Counted from the stretch's first letter, positions 1-10,759 are shown. The stretch is 64,000 nt of DNA from Dehalococcoidia bacterium (GCA_965262595.1 OZ253548.1:951645-1015644); one strand, 5' to 3'. Numbers and translations: made by a program. The notes: generated by a model from the sequence alone, not told the origin.

Positions 1-935
1 ATTGCCCCGGTCATTCCTTCAGCCTTGGAGGAGCCGTGGCCCACCAACACGGCGCCGTTAACCCCGAAGAGCGGCCCGCCCATGGTCCGCGGCAGATTAG
101 TGGCGTGCCACAGGTCGGAGAGTACCCGGGCGGTTTCTTCCTCGGACATCGAAGAAGCCAACTGGTCGTTCAAGTAGCCGCTAAGGGCGCTGCCCATGCC
201 CTCGGTAAACTTAATCAGGATATTGCCCACAAAGCCGTCGCAAACGATGACGTCCGCCTTGTCGGTAAAGAAATCCATCCCCTCCACATTGCCTACAAAG
301 TTCAGATGGCTTTTCTCCAGGAGATGGTAGCTTTCCTGCACTTGCTTGTTTCCCTTTGATTCTTCGGCGCCTACACTCAAAAGGGCAACTCGCGGGTTAT
401 CGATTCCCAGGAACTTGTGGGAAAATACCGAACCCATAGCGGCAAAGTTAAGCATCAAAGAGGGCCGGCAATCTACGTTGCTGCCCAAGTCCATTAAAAC
501 GGTGCGGGGAGCAAGTCCCAAAAAAGGGCCGCCAATGCAGGGCCGCTCCAACCCTTCCATCATGCCCAGGATAATCGCCGAGGTTGCCATTGAAGCGCCG
601 GTGGAACCCAGGGAAACCAGGACATCTGCCTGGCCGCCTTTGACCAACTTGGTACCGACAATTATTGAGGCATTGGGCTTTTGCCGGAAGGCGTGCATCG
701 GGTGCTCATCGTCGCCTATTTTTCCTACCGAAGGAATCACCGTAACCGGTTTTCCGGAAACGTCATAATTGACCAATTCCCGCTCAACGGCGACCGTGTC
801 TCCGACCAAAAGAAGCTCAATACCATGAACATTCAGCGCCGCAATTGCGCCCTTAACCGTTTCGTGGGGGGCATAGTCGCCGCCCATTACATCCACCGCC
901 ACGCGAATCGGCGATGACCTGTCACTATCTTGCAT
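1..935 (-). CDS. plsX: Phosphate acyltransferase PlsX (3' end cut by window edge)
   Basis: Absent from the ORF track because it is open at the window edge. My reverse-strand translation from the ATG at 933-935 reads MQDSDRSSPIRVAVDVMGGDYAPHETVKGAI...VCDGFVGNILIKFTEG...AVLVGHGSS, a typical PlsX. The + strand ORFs at 36-917 are antisense shadows. Confidence 0.85.
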   Translation of the reverse strand, partial: MQDSDRSSPIRVAVDVMGGDYAPHETVKGAIAALNVHGIELLLVGDTVAVERELVNYDVSGKPVTVIPSVGKIGDDEHPMHAFRQKPNASIIVGTKLVKGGQADVLVSLGSTGASMATSAIILGMMEGLERPCIGGPFLGLAPRTVLMDLGSNVDCRPSLMLNFAAMGSVFSHKFLGIDNPRVALLSVGAEESKGNKQVQESYHLLEKSHLNFVGNVEGMDFFTDKADVIVCDGFVGNILIKFTEGMGSALSGYLNDQLASSMSEEETARVLSDLWHATNLPRTMGGPLFGVNGAVLVGHGSSKAEGMTGA

Positions 936-960
936 GTTCAACTATCCTTAAAGGGCAACC

Positions 961-1422
961 CTAATCATGTGCCGGTCCCTCCTCGACTTCCTTTCTAATT
1001 TTCACCGTGGCGGTTCCGGCAACCAATTCTTGCTTGGTATGCCGGTTAACTACGCCTACGGAGCAAACCACCAACCGATGGTCGGGAAAATGTTCTTCTT
1101 TAGTCACCCGGCCCCAACTTTCCACCAGGTCACCCAGATAAGCCGCGCCCTTGAACCGTACCTTGAGACCGCCGCTTTCCAACCAGTGTCGCCCGTAGGC
1201 CACAGCCATCATACGGGAAACCAGAGCCAGGGTAAGCATACCATGAGCGATGATACTTCCAAATTGGGTGGTCGCCGCAAATTCCGCATCCAAATGCAGC
1301 GGATTGGAGTCGCCGGAAGCGGCAGCGTAAGCATTGAGCTGTTCCTGCGTAATGGTCATAGCCTTCACCGGCAGGGACATTCTTTCTTCAGTTAGGTCAG
1401 TCATAGTAAAAACAGTTGTCAA
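961..1422 (-). CDS. MaoC-like (R)-specific hydratase/dehydratase, hotdog fold
   Basis: 153-aa ORF with the motif SGDSNPLHLDAEFAATTQFGSIIAHGMLTLALVS, typical of the MaoC dehydratase domain. Confidence 0.7.
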   Translation of the reverse strand: MTTVFTMTDLTEERMSLPVKAMTITQEQLNAYAAASGDSNPLHLDAEFAATTQFGSIIAHGMLTLALVSRMMAVAYGRHWLESGGLKVRFKGAAYLGDLVESWGRVTKEEHFPDHRLVVCSVGVVNRHTKQELVAGTATVKIRKEVEEGPAHD

Positions 1423-1564
1423 AGTACCGGGATTGTCGGGAACTGCTGTCGGGAATAGCTAAGGTATTTTCACCGGAAATTATTGGGAAGTAATGTTTGC
1501 AGCCGGGCCAGCTTCGTAATTGGAAGCTATCCACGGCCCAACCACTATCGCGAATCGCGGCCGT

Positions 1565-1945
1565 TTACGGGGACGCACCCGCCGCAACCAGCACCGTAGT
1601 TTTGCCGGTCTGCACCGTGACGCCTTCGGCGTTTTCAAGCGTGTACGCCACCGTCGTGAACTGTAGCGACCCGCGCCGTCTTGGAAGTTCCACCAGGGCC
1701 CGGCCGGTTATCTGTTGCCCCAGGGAGACCGGCAGAAGGGAATCAATTTCCTGGAGGCTGTGGATTGCTCCCGCCGGCAATGCTAGTTTTTCCAGCAGCG
1801 CCCCCAATGCATAGGCGGAAAGGGCCAGGGGCGGAACCAGGCCAATTTGAAAATATAATTCCGGATCGTCTCCAACGGCCTCCAAATACTGCTTTACCCT
1901 TTCCGCAGTCAGTTCCCAGCTACCTAATTCGATCTCGGATTCCAC
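1565..1945 (-). CDS. MaoC N-terminal-type hotdog-fold subunit (HadA/HadB-style partner of the downstream gene)
   Basis: 126-aa ORF. VKQYLEAVGDDPELYF resembles the MaoC_dehydrat_N motif. It lies directly upstream of the MaoC gene on the same strand. Confidence 0.5.
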   Translation of the reverse strand: MESEIELGSWELTAERVKQYLEAVGDDPELYFQIGLVPPLALSAYALGALLEKLALPAGAIHSLQEIDSLLPVSLGQQITGRALVELPRRRGSLQFTTVAYTLENAEGVTVQTGKTTVLVAAGASP

Positions 1946-2238
1946 CGAAAAGCGCTACTCCCAGTGTCTAAACGTCCCGCCGCCGGCCAACCTACCGATT
2001 ATACTTATCCAAAGCCAGCCAAAGCAACATTGGGTCTGAACATTTGGCTGAAAAACCACCGCCCAAACGGCCGATAACTGTGTGCCCAATAGACGGACGC
2101 CTTATTTTCCCTGGATCGGTTGAACCGACTCCTGTATCTCTTTTTCACCGCAGACCCTTCGGTTGAAAAGTGGTCTGAGATCGCAGGTGGCCCGGCCCTT
2201 CGGCAAAACTGGACTGGGCTGATATTGATTCAGCGATT

Positions 2239-3459
2239 TCAGGATGCCAAACCAAAGGACTCTACTGCCAGATCTGCGATGTGTTTGCCGATTGCCAGAG
2301 ACGAAGTTGCCCCAGGCGACGGAGCGTTCAATACGTGAATTGCTTTTCGGCCGCGCAAGATACTGAAATCGTCCAGGAGGGCGCCGTTGCTGGAAACGGC
2401 TTGAGCGCGCACTCCCGCGCCTCCCGGGGCCAGGTCTTTTTCGTTAATTTCGGGTATCAGTTTCTGCAGGTCGCGAACAAATACCTGCTTACTGTAAGAG
2501 CGGCGCATTTCCGACATGCCGGTCCGCCAGTGCTTGGCCGACATCTTCCAGAAACCTGGATAAGTAAATGTGCCCAAAGATTCGCCCAGGTCAATATTGC
2601 TCTTGCGATAACCTTCCCGGGCAAAGGCCAAAACGGCGTTGGGCCCGGCTTCTACATGACCCTGAATATTGCGAGTGTAATGGACTCCAAGAAAGGGAAA
2701 CCGGGGGTCGGGCACCGGGTAAATCAAGCCTTTGACCAGGTCTTGGCTTTCCGGGCGCAAGGTGAAGTATTCACCGCGGAAAGGGATAATCCTAATATCC
2801 GTATTCTCACCCATCATCTTAGCCACCCGGTCGGCGTAAAGCCCGGCACAGTTTATAACGTGCTTGGCCTGGAGGGCGCCGCGGTCGGTTTCCAGGGTCA
2901 CCGAGCCGGATGACCCGTTAATCGACCGCACCGTCGCCTCGGTAAAAATCTCACCACCGTTTTCCTGTAGCCGGTGGGCGTAGGAGGCCGCAACTTTAAC
3001 ATAGTCAATGATGCCGGTTTCCGGAGACCACAACGCCCGCACTCCCGAGGTGTGCGGCTCAATTTCCTTCAGGCGTTCCGCGCCGATTATCTCCAGCCCC
3101 GGCACTCCATTAGCCATGCCCCGGTCGTAGAGCGCCTCCAACCGTTCCAGTTCAGTTTCATCGGTGGCAACAATGGTCTTGCCGCACTTCTCAAACTCGA
3201 TCTCGTTTTCTTCGCAATACCTCACGAGAGCTTTGGCGCCGCCGACGCAAAACTGAGCTTTCTGGGAGCCGGGCCGGTAATAAATCCCCGAGTGAATTAC
3301 GCCGCTATTGTGTCCGGTCTGGTGTGTCGCCAAATCCTTCTCTTTTTCCAGCACCGCGACTTTGCAGTTTGGGGGAAGCCCAAGGGTCAGCTGCATTGCC
3401 GTGGACAGGCCGATAATTCCACCGCCAACGATAATAACGTCATATTCCTTTGAGTTCAT
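2239..3459 (-). CDS. lhgO: L-2-hydroxyglutarate oxidase/dehydrogenase (FAD-dependent)
   Basis: 406 aa. YDVIIVGGGIIGLSTAMQL...LEKE..LA.HQTGHNSGVIHSGIYYRPGS.KAQFC closely follows E. coli LhgO/YgaF as I remember it. Confidence 0.8.
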   Translation of the reverse strand: MNSKEYDVIIVGGGIIGLSTAMQLTLGLPPNCKVAVLEKEKDLATHQTGHNSGVIHSGIYYRPGSQKAQFCVGGAKALVRYCEENEIEFEKCGKTIVATDETELERLEALYDRGMANGVPGLEIIGAERLKEIEPHTSGVRALWSPETGIIDYVKVAASYAHRLQENGGEIFTEATVRSINGSSGSVTLETDRGALQAKHVINCAGLYADRVAKMMGENTDIRIIPFRGEYFTLRPESQDLVKGLIYPVPDPRFPFLGVHYTRNIQGHVEAGPNAVLAFAREGYRKSNIDLGESLGTFTYPGFWKMSAKHWRTGMSEMRRSYSKQVFVRDLQKLIPEINEKDLAPGGAGVRAQAVSSNGALLDDFSILRGRKAIHVLNAPSPGATSSLAIGKHIADLAVESFGLAS

Positions 3460-3787
3460 TACATACCTCCGGTGGAACTATATGGTGGATACCAGCCCCC
3501 CTACCAAGAGGTACACTAAATTAGCTGGTACTGACAAAAAATCCTTCAATCAGCTGAGGACAATCGGTTGCGGGCCAAACCTACGGGCCAATAGTAGCAT
3601 CGGCCGGAAATGGTGTAAATGCAACGTGGGGATACAGAAGCCGCCAACCAAGGGCGGTTTCTATTGACCACTAATTATTACTGATACCAGGCAACAGCGC
3701 CGAACAACGCGGGATATTCGCCTTTCCTCGACTCGACTTGCACCAGGTCGGCAAAACGACAGCACCAACGCCAAAGCCATCAAATAG

Positions 3788-3817
3788 TTGACATCGGAAA
3801 AGTGGATAACCCATAAT
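3788..3817 (+). promoter_or_regulatory. Sigma70-like promoter candidate in the AT-rich tract upstream of SBP paralog 1
   Basis: TTGACA (3788-3793), 18-nt spacer, CATAAT (3812-3817). Found by sequence inspection only. Confidence 0.3.
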
Positions 3818-4233
3818 AAGTTATTCGTTAATCACTTGAACAAAATAAATCATCAATTCTGGAAATATTGTTGAAGAATTTAAACTATATACGAGTATAT
3901 TGATACGAAACTAGAATCTTTTGTGATATATTTACTGAAGTTAATTAAGATGATTTGTAGCTGATAGCTACGTTTTCATCACATGTTACGAATCAAAACA
4001 TCTGGGATCATTAAAATATAGTGCAGGAGGTGACAGTTAAGGAAGGGTATATTCTTGGCTCTGCTCAGATATAAGTTGGAATTCATGGGCGTGTAAGGGT
4101 CGCTGCCAGACTGTCGGCCCGGCACATCGGCGGTTGGACTTCAAGACCAATCACGAAAGGCGAAGAGCCAACGGACTAATTAACGACTCCCACCTGAAGC
4201 GCCTGGCGCCAAACCTGCCTTTTGGGAGAGATA

Positions 4234-6111
4234 ATGAAGACTAACCGAATTCAGAAGATGCCTAACCAATGGTTGATCAAACCCAGGGCACTCTTATATG
4301 GGCCGATTATTGCGGTGTTGGCCCTGGCCGCCGTGGCCTGTGGTTCGTCCGCTCCTGCCACGGCAATTCCTGCCGCCACGGTTGAACCGGCCGCTGCTGC
4401 GCCGGCACCTACGGCGGTGCCCGCCGAGGCGGCAATGCCCGCCGAAGAAATGATGGCCGAGGGCAAGAATGCGCCTTCCTTTGCCGATTACTGGCAGCCC
4501 GACACCGGGTTCTACGGACAGCCGGTTTACGGCGGCACCCTCCGCGTCAATTATGAAGACCCCCTGGAACATGCCAACGCCTGGGGATCAGGCTCCGGCG
4601 TGACCGACCGGTATCGAATGCCCACCGGCGCCACCCTGATAATGGAAAACCCCTATGACGCCGGCGCTCCGCTGCTCCCCGAGTTGGCCCAAAGCTGGAC
4701 GATCCATGATGACCTGGCCGGTGTAACCTTCGATTTCCGGGAGGGCACTACCTGGCATAACGGCGACATCTTCACCTGTGAAGACGCCCGGTTCACCTTG
4801 GAAACCATGATAACCGGCAACGGCCTTACCGCCAGCAACATGAAGAGCCGCCTCGCCAACGTTGTATTGAACGAGACGACTTGCTCTGACGACCTGACCC
4901 TGGAAATGCGGTTCTCCGGTCCCACTGGAATACCCTTGCTCCCGCTGTCAAACCGCCGGGGCCAAATATTCAACAAGGCCTGGTTTGTAGCCGGTGGCGA
5001 AGAAGTGATGTTCCAGGATGTCTCGGTAGGTCTTGGCCCCTTCATGTGGGCTCCGGGCCAGTCCGTAGGCATTGACGAGCAACACTATGATAAGAACCCC
5101 AATTACTACATACCTGAGCTACCTTACGTGGATGAGTTGGTCGTCTTCGGTATCCTGGACGAGTCGGCGCAGCAGGCCACCCAATTGGCCCACCAGACCG
5201 ACTGGCACTGGGTGCGTAACTTCGGCCAGTATCGGGCCTATGTGGACCACGACCAGATTATGACGGTTATCCGGGCCACCCGCGGCAACTTCCGCTTGTG
5301 GATCAACCCGCGAATCCCGCCCTTCGACAACGTTAGAGTGCGGCAGGCCATCGTCATGAGCATCGACCGGGAGGCTGCCATTACAGTACTCCAGGATGGT
5401 TACGGAGCCACGGGCTTCTTTGGTTATGCTCCGGGCAGCCCCTGGAACCTCTCGCCGGAAAAGGGCTGCGCCGTCCCCGGCTGGTGCCCGTCCGAAGATA
5501 TGGAAGCTACTCGGGCCGAGGCCAGGAAGATTCTGGAGGAAGAAGGCTTCGACTTCGACGAGTCCTATCTCTTTACCGTAGAGTCGGATGCACAGGTGCA
5601 GGCTCGCGCCACCTTCCTGCAGGAGCAGCTGCGGCTAGTGGGAATCAAAACCGACTTCGACTCGGTTGAAACCATTGCCTACCGCCAGCAGGATGTCAAC
5701 GGCACTTGGGGCGCGCTCAAGCCTGGAAACAGTACGGTTACCGCGGACGACCCCAATGCAGGCGTGGCATCCTACCTCCGCTGCGACTCCACAAGCAACT
5801 ACTGGACTCCCAACGGCCCCTGCGACTTAGAAATCGTCGCATTGTTGGACCAGGCGCAGACCGAGCTGGACTTCACTGCCCGTAAGGCCCTGTCCGACGA
5901 AATGCAACTCCAGGCGATGAGACTCTATGGTTCCTTCCCGGTTTACTGGGAGCAGGAAGCGGTGTCTTTCTGGCCGGAGGTCAGGGGTTACGCTCACTTC
6001 CCGGCCCCCAACGGTTCCTTCCTGAAGTTTATGCACCTGTGGATTGATCCGGCCCACAAGGATGACACGGGCAATAAGGGTCAAACCACCGGCGTACCCG
6101 GGGGAATCTAG
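4234..6111 (+). CDS. ABC transporter substrate-binding lipoprotein, family 5 (peptide/opine/nickel type), paralog 1
   Basis: ATG at 4234 sits behind GGGAG; the track's TTG at 4222 is less likely. Signal peptide with a lipobox-like LAAVAC|GSS, an Ala/Pro linker, then YGGTLRVNYEDPLEH...NPNYYIPELPYVD..V.FGILDE.AQQA, typical SBP_bac_5 features. Confidence 0.85.
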   Translation: MKTNRIQKMPNQWLIKPRALLYGPIIAVLALAAVACGSSAPATAIPAATVEPAAAAPAPTAVPAEAAMPAEEMMAEGKNAPSFADYWQPDTGFYGQPVYGGTLRVNYEDPLEHANAWGSGSGVTDRYRMPTGATLIMENPYDAGAPLLPELAQSWTIHDDLAGVTFDFREGTTWHNGDIFTCEDARFTLETMITGNGLTASNMKSRLANVVLNETTCSDDLTLEMRFSGPTGIPLLPLSNRRGQIFNKAWFVAGGEEVMFQDVSVGLGPFMWAPGQSVGIDEQHYDKNPNYYIPELPYVDELVVFGILDESAQQATQLAHQTDWHWVRNFGQYRAYVDHDQIMTVIRATRGNFRLWINPRIPPFDNVRVRQAIVMSIDREAAITVLQDGYGATGFFGYAPGSPWNLSPEKGCAVPGWCPSEDMEATRAEARKILEEEGFDFDESYLFTVESDAQVQARATFLQEQLRLVGIKTDFDSVETIAYRQQDVNGTWGALKPGNSTVTADDPNAGVASYLRCDSTSNYWTPNGPCDLEIVALLDQAQTELDFTARKALSDEMQLQAMRLYGSFPVYWEQEAVSFWPEVRGYAHFPAPNGSFLKFMHLWIDPAHKDDTGNKGQTTGVPGGI

Positions 6112-6151
6112 TTCTTCACGGGTAAGACAAGTCTCCTTTAGAACGCACTTG

Positions 6152-6190
6152 GTAGGCCACCCACGTTAAAAGTGAGTGGCCTACTTTAGT
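6152..6190 (+). terminator. Hairpin terminator after SBP paralog 1
   Basis: GTAGGCCAC (6152-6160) pairs with GTGGCCTAC (6176-6184), followed by TTT. Confidence 0.5.
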
Positions 6191-6656
6191 ACCGGTTACG
6201 GGGCTGATCCGTCATTCCGAGTCCAACGCGTATTGGTAGTATTAGCCTGGACACCCTGAACTGGACGAGTAGAATAGGGCATGGTCAAAAGGTAAATGCG
6301 CCAATAACTTCATTCGACAATGATTCGCTTAAAAGTGCACTGGTATCGTATGGGTTTCCTTGTATATCTCCAAGAACGTCTTGTTGGCCTGGCAAAACTA
6401 ACTTTCAAAATGGTTGATATTCCGGGTCAACAGCTTCTCGAATTTTGGAAACTAAACATAAAGGAGGTGACGGATCATAGGTGACGGATTATAAAGGTAT
6501 TTGCCCGGGCCTGCTTAGAAACACCAGGGGATTGGCGGGCTAGTCGGGGCAACTCCCAAGCTACGGGGACAAACAAACGGCGGTTGGATCCTATTCCAGC
6601 TAAGTGTGGACACCAACAAAACCGGAGTAACCCTAAACTGACTTTTGGGAGAAATT

Positions 6657-8540
6657 ATGAAGACTGACCGAATTCTGAAGATGCCTTACCAATGGTTGGT
6701 CAAACCCAAGGCGCTCTTATATGGGCCGATTATTGCGGTGTTGGCCCTGGCCGCCGTGGCCTGTGGTTCGTCCGCTCCTGCCACGGCAATTCCTGCCGCC
6801 ACGGTTGAACCGGCCGCTGCGGCTCCGGCACCTACGGCCGCGGCCGCGGAAGTGGCAATGCCCGCCGAAGAAATGATGGCGGAAGGTAAGCACGCCCCCG
6901 CTTTTGCGGAGTACTGGCAGCCCGACACGGAGTTCTATGGGCAGCCGGTTTACGGCGGCACCCTTCGCGTCAACTACGAAGACCCCCTGGAGCACTCCAA
7001 CGCCTGGGGCGCGGCTACTGGCGCAGCCGACAGTTATCGGGGCCCCACCAGCGCGATTATGGTTATGGAAAATCCTTATGATGCCAGCGCGCCGTTAGTC
7101 CCCGACTTGGCTCAAAGCTGGACCATCCATGATGACTTGGCCGGCGTAACTTTCGATTTCCGAGAGGGCACTACCTGGCATAACGGCGACATCTTCACCT
7201 GCGAAGACGCCCGGTTCTCTATTGAAACGATGATTACCGCGAAAGGAATTACTGCCAGTTACATGCAGAGCCGCCTCGCCAACGTCGTGCTGGAGGAATT
7301 ATCCTGCCTCGACGATCTGACCCTGGAGATGAACTTCTCCGGTCCCACCGGCACACCATTGCTCCCCCTGTCTAACCGCCGTGGGTATATCTTCAACAAG
7401 GCTTGGTTCGAGGCGGGCGGTGAAGACGCCATGTTCCAGGATGCCTCGGTAGGTCTGGGCCCCTTTATGTGGGCCGAGGGGCAGACCGTAGGCATTGACG
7501 AACAGCACTATGAGAAGAACCCCAACTATTTTATACCCGAACTGCCCTACGTGGATGACCTGGTTGTCTTCGGCATCCTGGACGAGTCCGCACAGCAGGC
7601 AACTCAGCTAGCCCACCAGACCGACTGGCACTGGGTTCGCAACTGGGGACAGTACCAAGCCTACGTGGACCACGACCAGATTGTGACGGTTATCCGGGCC
7701 ACTCGGGGCAACTTCCGCTTGTGGCTTAACCCCCGAATCCCGCCTTTTGACAATGTAAGGGTGCGTCAAGCAATCATAATGAGCATTGACCGTAACGCTG
7801 CAATTAAGATTCTCCAGGACGGGCACGGCGCCGTCGGTGGGTTCGGCTACGCCCCGGGCAGCCCCTGGGAACTGACCGAAGAGCAGCGCTGCTCCGTACC
7901 CGGCTGGTGCACCAGCGAAGATGTGGAAGCAACTCGGGCCGAGGCCAGGAAGATTCTGGAGGAAGAAGGCTTCGACTTCGACGAGTCCTATCTCTTTACG
8001 GTAGAGGCGGATGCCCAAGTTCAGGCCCGCGCAACCTTCCTGCAGGAGCAGTTGCGGCTGGTTGGAATCCAAACCGACTTCGACTCGGTTGAAACCATTG
8101 CCTACCGCCAGCAGGATGCCAACGGCACTTGGGGCGCTTTCAAACCTGGAAACAGCACTGTTCCCGCGGATGACCCCAATGCGGGGGTGTCTTCCTTCCT
8201 CCGATGCGACTCCACAAGCAACTTCTGGACTCCGCCCAACGACCAAAACTGTGACCCGGACATCGTGGCGTTACTGGACCAGGCCCAAACTGAGCTGGAC
8301 TTCAGCGCCCGTAAGGCAATATCTGACGAAATCGAACTTCGGGCAATGAAAGCCTATGGCTCTTTCCCGGTTTACTGGGAGCAGGAAGCGGTGTCCTTCT
8401 GGCCCGAGGTCAGGGGCTATGCCCACTTCCCGGCGCCTTTCGGCTCCTTCCGCAAGTATATGCAAATGTGGATTGACCCGGCCCACAAGGATGACACGGG
8501 CAATAAGGGTCAAACCACCGGCGTACCCGGGGGAATCTAG
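6657..8540 (+). CDS. ABC transporter substrate-binding lipoprotein, family 5, paralog 2
   Basis: The same architecture as paralog 1, and most residues are identical in the provided translations. ATG at 6657 sits behind GGGAG. Confidence 0.85.
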   Translation: MKTDRILKMPYQWLVKPKALLYGPIIAVLALAAVACGSSAPATAIPAATVEPAAAAPAPTAAAAEVAMPAEEMMAEGKHAPAFAEYWQPDTEFYGQPVYGGTLRVNYEDPLEHSNAWGAATGAADSYRGPTSAIMVMENPYDASAPLVPDLAQSWTIHDDLAGVTFDFREGTTWHNGDIFTCEDARFSIETMITAKGITASYMQSRLANVVLEELSCLDDLTLEMNFSGPTGTPLLPLSNRRGYIFNKAWFEAGGEDAMFQDASVGLGPFMWAEGQTVGIDEQHYEKNPNYFIPELPYVDDLVVFGILDESAQQATQLAHQTDWHWVRNWGQYQAYVDHDQIVTVIRATRGNFRLWLNPRIPPFDNVRVRQAIIMSIDRNAAIKILQDGHGAVGGFGYAPGSPWELTEEQRCSVPGWCTSEDVEATRAEARKILEEEGFDFDESYLFTVEADAQVQARATFLQEQLRLVGIQTDFDSVETIAYRQQDANGTWGAFKPGNSTVPADDPNAGVSSFLRCDSTSNFWTPPNDQNCDPDIVALLDQAQTELDFSARKAISDEIELRAMKAYGSFPVYWEQEAVSFWPEVRGYAHFPAPFGSFRKYMQMWIDPAHKDDTGNKGQTTGVPGGI

Positions 8541-8588
8541 TTCTTCACGGGTAACTGACCCTAATTCTGCTGACCATTCGAACACTCG

Positions 8589-8629
8589 GGCGAGCCACCT
8601 ATTCCACCCTTTCGAACGGGTGGTTCGCC
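8589..8629 (+). terminator. Hairpin after SBP paralog 2 (copy with a 9-nt insertion)
   Basis: GGCGAGCCACC-tatt-CCACCC TTTCGAAC GGGTGGTTCGCC. Confidence 0.45.
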
Positions 8630-8851
8630 TAATAAAACAAGGAGGCTTTGAATTAAGAACGGTCTCTACTGAATCAGCTCCGATACTAGCGGGGATTGGC
8701 GGGCGAGTCAGGGCAACTGCCAGACTGCCGGCTTGGCACATCGGAAATTGAACTTCAAGGCCTATAAGGATAGGCATGAGGGCCAACAACTCCGAAGGCA
8801 ACTCCGAACTGAAGCGCTCGGTACTAAACCCGTATTTTGGGAGGATTGATA

Positions 8852-10759
8852 ATGCCTTATTACAGTATCAGGAAACCTTGGACCATTGTATATCTTTCGG
8901 TGGTTTTGAGTCTCCTGTTCCTCGTTGCCTGCGGGTCGTCCAGTGCGCCGGTGGCGCCAGCGGCACCGGCGGCACCGCAGAACCAGCAACCGGCCGCCCC
9001 AGAATCGACCACCGCACCATCGACCGGCGCGGTTGAAATGTCGGCTCCCACGCCGACCACCGTGGCCCAAGCCGCTTTGGCCCCGGCAGGAGCAGCGGTA
9101 GCGGCCCCCCGGGAAGCGCCCAGTTTCGAGTCTTATTGGAAACCTAACACAGACTTCTACGGCCAGCCGAAATACGGCGGCACTCTCCGCATCAACTATG
9201 AAGACCCTCTGGAACACGCCAACGTTTGGGGCGCGCGCAGCGGCACCACCATGCGGTACCGAATGCCCACTCACGACGGCCTGATTCAGGACAACCCCTA
9301 TGACTGGAGAGCTCCTTTCATCCCGGATCTGGCCTACGGCTGGACCGTTGATTCAGACCTCAAGGGTGTGACCTTTTATCTCAAGGATGGGGTGCAATGG
9401 CACAACGGCACCGACTTCACCTGCGAAGATGCCCGGTTCACCTATGAAACCATGATTACAGAGGAAGGCATAACCGGTTCTTACATGAAGAACCGACTTA
9501 CGGATGTGGACTTGGACCTGCTGGAGTGCGTGGATGATTCAACGTTGAAATTCCGGTTCACCTCTCCCTCCGCCGTTCCTCTGCTCAGCTTTGGCAAAAG
9601 TGAGGCAATGATTTTCAACAAAGACTGGTTCCTGGCCGGTGGCGAAGATGCCATGTTCCAGGACGTATCTGTAGGAACCGGGCCTTTCATCTGGGGCGCC
9701 GGGCAGAGCGTTGGCATTGATGAACAAAGTTTTGAAAGGAATCCCAACTATCACGTAGAAGGCGTGCCCTATGTTGATAATCTCATCGTCTTCGGCATCC
9801 TTGACGAGACGGCGCAACAGGCAACCATGTTGGCCCACCAAACCGATTGGCACTGGGTGCGCAACTTCGGCCAATATGACGCTTACGTAAAACATGATCA
9901 AATCCAAACCGTGATACAGGCCACCCGAAGCAGCGAAAACCTGCACCTGAACACCCGTAAGCCGCCCCTCGACAATGTCCGGATTCGCCAGGCTATCGCC
10001 ATGGGAATGGACCGGAACACCGGCATCGCCGTCTCTCTATCCGGCTACGGCTCCGCCGGATTGGGCCTGATGCCTCCGGGCAGCCCTTGGGCCCTGGAGG
10101 AAGCCGAGGCCTGTGCTGTCCCTGGTTGGTGCCAGCCGGCAGACATGGAAGCCCAGCGGGCCGCGGCCATCCAAATCATGAAGGAAGAGAACTTCGATTT
10201 CGAAAAGACCTACGTCTTAACCGTAGAAGCAGATGCCCAACGGGTGGGCCGCGCCACCTTCATGCAGGAACAGCTACGACTGTTGGGAATCAAAACCGAC
10301 TTCGATACGGTTGAAACCATCGCCTACCGGAAATCGCGCCAAGCCGGCGACTGGGGCGACTTCATGGGATCCACCGGCGGTGTGGCTGGAGTGGATGACC
10401 CCTTCGTGGGATTGGGTCACTACCATCGCTGCGCCAGCCTGTATAATTTCCAGACTCCCGGCACGGAGTGCGATGCAACGGCGGAAGCGATGTTTGAGGA
10501 GTTAGGTAAGCTCACCGATCCGGCCGAGCGTAAGAAGCAGGGACAGGAAATCCAGGTTTACCTGATGGCGCAATACTGGAACTTCCCAGTCTTCTGGGAA
10601 GAGGAAGCGGTGTCCTTCTGGCCCGAGGTGCGGGGATACTCCCACTTCCCGACGCCCTCTGCGAGTCACCTGCGCTGGGCCCATATGTGGATTGACCCGG
10701 ACCACAAGGACGATACCGGGTTCGCCGGCCAAACCCTCGGTGTCCCCGGCGGCAAGTAG
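8852..10759 (+). CDS. ABC transporter substrate-binding lipoprotein, family 5, paralog 3
   Basis: ATG at 8852 sits behind GGGAGGA. Canonical lipobox LFLVAC|GSS, an Ala/Pro/Thr linker, and SBP_bac_5-like motifs (YGGTLRINYEDPLEH, NPNYHVEGVPYVDN). Confidence 0.85.
   Translation: MPYYSIRKPWTIVYLSVVLSLLFLVACGSSSAPVAPAAPAAPQNQQPAAPESTTAPSTGAVEMSAPTPTTVAQAALAPAGAAVAAPREAPSFESYWKPNTDFYGQPKYGGTLRINYEDPLEHANVWGARSGTTMRYRMPTHDGLIQDNPYDWRAPFIPDLAYGWTVDSDLKGVTFYLKDGVQWHNGTDFTCEDARFTYETMITEEGITGSYMKNRLTDVDLDLLECVDDSTLKFRFTSPSAVPLLSFGKSEAMIFNKDWFLAGGEDAMFQDVSVGTGPFIWGAGQSVGIDEQSFERNPNYHVEGVPYVDNLIVFGILDETAQQATMLAHQTDWHWVRNFGQYDAYVKHDQIQTVIQATRSSENLHLNTRKPPLDNVRIRQAIAMGMDRNTGIAVSLSGYGSAGLGLMPPGSPWALEEAEACAVPGWCQPADMEAQRAAAIQIMKEENFDFEKTYVLTVEADAQRVGRATFMQEQLRLLGIKTDFDTVETIAYRKSRQAGDWGDFMGSTGGVAGVDDPFVGLGHYHRCASLYNFQTPGTECDATAEAMFEELGKLTDPAERKKQGQEIQVYLMAQYWNFPVFWEEEAVSFWPEVRGYSHFPTPSASHLRWAHMWIDPDHKDDTGFAGQTLGVPGGK

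Noticed and set aside
36-917. Three + strand ORFs (107, 140 and 78 aa) at the left edge
   Set aside because: They lie antisense to an uninterrupted, clearly recognisable plsX reading frame on the minus strand. Their sequences are low-complexity and unfamiliar.
6527-6600. Resemblance of the SBP leader to ykkC/guanidine or glycine riboswitch fragments (GGGGCAAC, ACGGCGG, GACAAA)
   Set aside because: Only short words match. Their order and the required flanking conserved stems (for example GGAGAG...CACCGAAGG, or ACACGGCGGGA...GCCCGGGAG) are absent.
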